DNA from: Paramecium tetraurelia
Taxonomy: Eukaryota
Reading direction: 5' to 3'
NCBI GenBank assembly: GCA_000165425.1
Contig: CT868207.1
Span: 1 to 64,000, forward strand
Length of the DNA: 64,000 nucleotides
Every line of letters starts with the position of its first letter. The stretch's first letter is position 1. Shown piece after piece: positions 57,998 to 64,000 of the stretch. The notes below the pieces were generated by a model, which was given only the letters and a program-made list of their open reading frames with translations, did no database searches and had not been told where the DNA came from. Made by a program: the position numbers and the translations under genes.

Positions 57998-58283
57998 TTG
58001 TTTTATTAAAATATATATATTATATTATTTGAACTTTTGATTGTTAAGATGTCAATAATATTACATAATAACTGATGACTGATGATTCATGACTGATTCC
58101 CTACATCTACCTAAGCATGAATCTAAAATAAAGATGACACAAGTAAGCATCTACTATGTTCGATCTATACTCTTGTGAACATAATAGTTCTCTCCTTTAC
58201 TATGGATCAATATATTGTTTAGATTGATAGATAAAATATCTAAACTGCAGATTTAAGAATTTAATTAATATATAATAATTACA

Positions 58284-58901
58284 ATGAACTCTTTACTTGT
58301 GTCAGATTAACCATATTTGGATCAGCAACGTAAATCTACGATCAGTCCAGAGATAAGAAATAATATATAAAGCACTCTCCACAGAAGGACCAATCATTCT
58401 TAAGCAGATTTAATAACTCCAATAACTGTTAATTAAAATCATAAAAAGAAAGCTATAACCAAGGGTTTGCAATAGTTGTTAAAATCCAGCCCATATTTAA
58501 AATTAGTTCAATAAAAATCTTAATAATAACTCCAAATCTAAGATAGTTTTTCTTAACAATACTTGAAAGGGCATTTTCCTACTTCTAATCAATTATCCTC
58601 CCAATTAATGTATAAGGCAGATAATCATACTCCTTCCTTAAATTCAACTACATCAAGTAGCATTAAACCTAGGGTAAGAAACTATGCAAAAGATCGTTTG
58701 CAAAAAAAATCTTTTGACTCTACAAATATTACTTCCAATAGAGACAAAGAGAGAATTATGATTTCGCAATTATAAAATATCTTTCAAAGATCTTCTATTC
58801 TATTAAACACCTACAGAGATGAGTTGCAAAGGCATATCACTGAAAAGTAGGACTTAATCAAATAAATTTAGTTATTAGAAGAAACTAGAATTATGCAATG
58901 A
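58284..58901 (+). CDS. Hypothetical S/Q-rich protein with C-terminal coiled coil
   Basis: MNSLLVSDQPYL... open to TGA 58899-58901. Confidence 0.7.
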
Positions 58902-59203
58902 TTATATAATATTAAATACTTTATATTCGAATTTCAATCTCACAAGAATTTTAATGATTTAGCAAAACCTTATAAACTATTAATTTGATTAATTTCCTAG
59001 CGTTTCGGATCTAAATGATATTATTCTGTCAATTAATCAAAGATAAACATTCTTATTTAGAGCTGTTATTTAGTGTAATACTTTTATAGTAAGATCTTGG
59101 TGAATTGAATTACTATGATGATGTACAAACAGATCTTAAATTATACTGATTTACACCATATAAATAAAATTAAGGCAAATAAAAATTAATAATTTAATAT
59201 CTA

Positions 59204-60634
59204 ATGTTAAATTAATAAAGACTTGATCAATAAGACACATTAAGAAATGAATACTAATCGACAAGACCTATTTCTTAGCAATTCGTATATACAAGCGGAG
59301 TGTAACAAGTATAATACTATTGAATTTAAATATTAGGTTCCTTTTGCAGGTCAATAAGTGCAACAAGAAGAATTTGTATTTGATGGAAGAAATTAAGCAT
59401 TTAATCAATAAGGAGTTTAATTTCCTAATAATTTTGTCACAGCACAAGTCACAAACTATCCATCCATTAATGTAATGTTGATCTATTAACATATTAGCCT
59501 TGCAATCCTTGTTAGGCATCACCATTGCATATGCAAATTGTAGTTGTAAATAGAGAGGAAATCGAGGCTCCCTGGAGATTAGAATGCGAGTACCTTTAAT
59601 CAGTTATTACTGAACTTGAATCCAGACAATTAGAAACAAAGGTCGTTGAGAAAGTCATTGAAAAGGAGAAGATTGTGAAGGATACTGAATCCATTACTTA
59701 ATTAGAGAATGAATTGAATAGATTGAGATTAAGTAACTAATAGGAAGTAAGTGATTTGAGAAGACAAATTTCTGAATTGTAGATGCAAAATGCAAATTTG
59801 AATAATTAATTAAAGTAAAAGGATTAAGAACTATTACTCATTAAGACAAGTTCAAGTTCAAGCGAATCAAGATATAAGCAACTTGAAAATGAACTGTAAA
59901 ATTGGAAGAATCAATGCAGAAACAAAGATTAAGAATTGGCTATGTTAAGAGATTAAGTCTAGGATTTGTAAGATGCAAATAGTAAATTACAAATGGAATT
60001 GAGTTCATTGAGGTTGATCATATAATAAAAGGATAATGAATTAGAAAAATATAGAGTTACATCACTTGAATTGAGATCAGCAGCTAATGAGAGCAGAGAT
60101 GCTTAATCAAGAATTAGAGAATTAGAAATGGAAGTTAATAATTTGAAGGGTTTGCTATATTAGAGAACTACTGAATGTGAAGACTTAAGAAATCAATTAT
60201 CTCTTAATGACAAAGAATATAGTTCTAAAATTAATCAATATAGATTCTAAATTAGTGATTTGGAGTAAGAAATTTTGAGATTGAAAACAGAAATTGAAAA
60301 ATTAAGATAATTGTTAGCCAATAGGGATCACGAAATAGATGATTTGCATTTAAGAATCTAATATTTGGAAGAATAAGGAACTACTGTTGTCTAAGAGAAG
60401 GTGACTTTCTTAAGTTCTGAAATTGAAGTTTGGAAATAGAAATTCATCAAGATTAATCATGATTATAATGAATGTTAGGAACAATTGATGATGGCATAAG
60501 CAGAATTAGAAGCTCTTTAGAAGCAATAAAAGAAAGTATCATTTAATATTTATTGTAATTAGGAAGTAGTCGTGGAAAAGAGAACTGTAACAAGATCAAC
60601 CGTTGGTAGTAGCAGCATTCAAAAATAATATTGA
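59204..60634 (+). CDS. Coiled-coil protein related to 54642-56310
   Basis: Spliced ORF; VVNREEIEAPWRLECEYL; EIEVWKQKFIKINHDYNECQEQLMMAQAELEAL; TGA 60632-60634. Confidence 0.75.
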
Positions 60635-60765
60635 TAATGAATCATACAATATATAATAATAAACAATAACAATATCTTCTCATTCTGTATCTAATAATCA
60701 TATATATATATTTAAAATTCTGGAAAGATGAAATTATTTATTTAATATATTAATCATTATTGAAT

Positions 60766-62652
60766 TCATAATGATTCTAATGCACTTTTTGCTTAGTATT
60801 TAACCTCTGCATCTTAATCATCACAAAGAGACTATAACACTTTTTTCAATGGCTCTACGACATTTCCCCCTTTCTCCTTAGCTAATAAGATGCATGTCTT
60901 GCAAACATTGCTTCTGACATTGGCAACCTAATCCTTTGACATTGATTATAAAAGAGGAAGAATTGTTTTCAATATGTAATCATTGTTCAATGAAGATGCT
61001 ATTTGCTAAACAATAATAAATCAATAATTTTACAGTTATTGTAAATAGCACTGTGAGTCTTTAAAGATAATTTTGTATAGATTAAAATCCCCAGATTTTA
61101 GTTAACAAATTTCTATCAGCCCATGCAATACCAAGAATCTAGATCAATTAAGCAGTTTATTAAATTGCTGTTTATCTAACAGAATACACTTTATCACCAA
61201 GCCAATCTAAGAGCAATTTTAGAACTTTATCTGATAAGAATTCTGGACCTATGGCTCTGGCAAAGAAGCTTAGAACCTCGATTGTAGATGCCCTGATTCT
61301 CCAATTCTTATCTTAGGCTAATTCCGTCAGAGCTGGAATGACACTTTATGATAAAGAGTCAACACCTAACACATTTGTGATTAGACTTAATTTTTTGAAT
61401 AAAGTGATTCTGACTTCCGAATCTTGATCTTTTAGTAAGGTTAAGAAGATTGGTAAAATTTATTCGCTTGTATTTTTCTTACCGATAATTGGTGACAATG
61501 ATAAGACAGAGGCAGCTAAGGAATCTATAAATGGTTATAAATCACATCATACTTCTGACAAATGAGTTTGAATCCTATTGAATTGATTTCAAAAGTGGAA
61601 TTAATTTATTCAAAATATCATCTGCATCCATCAAAGAACTTACTCTTTCTATTTTCAGTGCTGCTATAGACTTCATCTCCGGCTCATTGTCTTACAAAAA
61701 CTTAAGATGGTAATTCTAAAAGTTCTTTCGATAACCTTCCTTCCCAACAGAATCTCCTATCTAATACAATTTAGATTCTCGCTTACATCAGCCAATTTGT
61801 CACAAAAATAATATCTCACTCTCCATGATTGATCTTCTGCCAATTATTTATACATATTAAGAACAAAGGTTTATTGTTTTTAGAAAAATGCGGTTCTGCT
61901 TGAAGCAATCAATGCATCAACTATATACATTCTAATAAAATCCTATTCATCTTTAATGAACGAATTTAGGGTGTTTTAAATGAAGGTCTCATTTACTATT
62001 GGAAAATGCTTCACTAAATCCTGCAATTATGTAACAAAATACTTAAAAATACATTGACGAAAATTTTCTAACTTGAGGTATTTGATCTTAGGAAATTTTA
62101 AGTATTATGTTAATCAGATCATTCTAGTTGTTCTAGGACACTTAGTTAATAACTGCTGGCACCAGTATTGCAACTGCATTCTTGGCCAAATAATAATCGC
62201 TATCATTCAATCTTTTTATAATCCCCATTGATAATTCCTCTACCTTCTTTTAATCAGGCAACGTAGCAAAGCATTTCTTCAATTGATTAGCAGCCTCGAT
62301 ATTATGCATTTCTTACTTTTTCCCTTACCGAAGCGTCTTCAACTCGACATAATGTTTCGAAAGTGGGGAGCAACACTTATACTTATCCACCAACAAGCTC
62401 AATAAAATTCTTAGATAGTGATTCAACTAATTCAATCAAGACTTCATCGTCGTCGTCAAGCAATTCTAAATGATATTCGAGCATACCTTAGATGAAAGGG
62501 ATTAATTCATTCTTTGTTCTCTCTGGACCTATTGTACTGGCAATCAAATCTAAGTGTTTGACTGAATGAATTCTTTTTCTGATATCATCACTTTTCAATT
62601 CATCTATAATCAAATTAATTGGCATTCCTGTTGTATTTTCAATTTTAGGCAT
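60766..62652 (-). CDS. PPP2R1: Protein phosphatase 2A scaffold (A/PR65) subunit
   Basis: PINLIIDELKSDDIRKRIHS..IGPERTKNELIPF, HEAT repeats with DQSWRVRY, DKNWRIR, WLGDKVYSVR, DQVANVR. Confidence 0.95.
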
Positions 62653-63470
62653 TATTAAGAATTATATATTTATTACTTGCACAAAATTTATAATTAGATA
62701 TTGTCTTGTAAAATGTTAAATTATGTTTTTATTTATTAAAACCTCCATTCTAATTATTTAAGATATACTATTTTGAAAGAAATACTTAAATTAAATTATA
62801 TTTCATCTTATAAATTAAATCTCATAATATTTAAAGTGCAAGAAAATTAGAATAGATTATTTAATTTTTGCTTGTTCATTCTACATCTTAATGATGTTTC
62901 CAGAACTCTCTTAGGATTTGACTTTGAAGATACTTTGGATTGATCTAAATAATATTTATTTTAATAATAAATCTATTCAATTCCTCATTCTCCTTTGAAT
63001 TTTTATATTTATTTGAAACTTAGAGTAAGATTATAATTTTAATCAATTTACTTGAATAAATAAATTTCAGTATGGATCTTTTTATCTATTAATCAAATAT
63101 CCTCAAGATTAATTAAATTATGCAAAATAATCATGTCTTAGAAGTGTATGATTGACAAAATCTATTGTCAATATAACCTATATGGAAATTAATTGATTTA
63201 GTATCTATAAAATTTATGAGATTAAGATCAAAGGAAATGAAAAAGAATTTGTAGAATAAGTGAATTATTAATTATAAGGCTGAGATGACATAAAAATATT
63301 CTCATATTCAATGGTTGTACAAGATTATTCTCAATTTCATTTCAATTAGAAAATCTTGAAACTCCTGTACTCTATATTTTAATCTTATAACATTTTATTA
63401 AGTTAATTACTAAAAAGATTAACATTATATATTTAATTCATTTAATAAAGTATATTATTAAAAATAGAAA

Positions 63471-64000
63471 ATGGGGAATAATTGTTCCGATAAAGAATAA
63501 ATAAATGATAAAACTAAATTGGATTAACTAAATTGTCTAAATAAACTGAAAGGAATGGCAAAACCTAAATTAAATAGTTTAATAAATACAAGTCAATTAA
63601 CTCAAATGGATATACCTAATGCAATGCTTCAGTCCCCTACTAAACCCTTTATTCCAAAACATAACGAAATTAAATCTTTAGTAAGAGTGCCTTCTGAAGA
63701 TAGTCTATTTTTTTCTTAGTTTAATCCGTCGAAGGACACTCAAAATGAAATCGAAAATAACTCAATCTACTAACTGAAAAAATATCCATAACCTCATACA
63801 GTATTGAAATCTTCTCTTAAATGTAAAAGCAAATAGAATCAAGCTTAAAGTCCTAAATTCTAAAGCCCTAGTCCTTATGTAAAACAATAAATTGTATGCC
63901 ATTCTCATTCACCTATTTATAGTACTTCAAAGGCTGAAATCAAAACAAAAAAAAGCTCTAAAAATTCTAAAAAAGTAAATAAGTAATAAGAGTTGAAACC
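63471..64000 (+). CDS. 5' part of hypothetical protein with MGNNC acylation-type N-terminus (truncated by window)
   Basis: ATG GGG AAT AAT TGT; frame open to window end. Confidence 0.65.

Noticed and set aside
62660..63470. Unusually long intergenic region
   Set aside because: No repeat, RNA motif or sustained frame seen; treated as spacer or unrecognisable relic

Overview
Very AT-rich, gene-dense eukaryotic DNA with the hallmarks of a Paramecium-type ciliate macronuclear chromosome: TAA/TAG read as Gln, TGA as the only stop, tiny (~20-30 nt) GT..AG introns and short intergenic spacers. The supplied ORF track uses the wrong code and ignores introns, so I rebuilt gene models by hand (ends approximate). 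About 35 genes are supportable, including RPL34, RuvBL1, Ubc13, PP2A-A, PKA-R, RSPH4/6, a Dpy-30 protein, an ODA-DC subunit, a mitochondrial carrier, a Ulp1-like protease, an ankyrin-bromodomain protein, a 4xCH protein and pseudokinases, plus three decayed pseudogenes. The most striking feature is at the left end: a TPR gene built from ~20 tandem 102-bp exons (one 34-aa repeat length each) separated by same-phase mini-introns. Its first units are near-identical even in the introns, yet vary in a short recurring non-synonymous patch, suggesting an actively shuffling modular receptor-like array. Also notable: a small protein resembling a stand-alone dynein stalk/microtubule-binding domain, a pseudo-TBC gene followed by a dead tandem relative, and a DERPI-repeat IQ protein.
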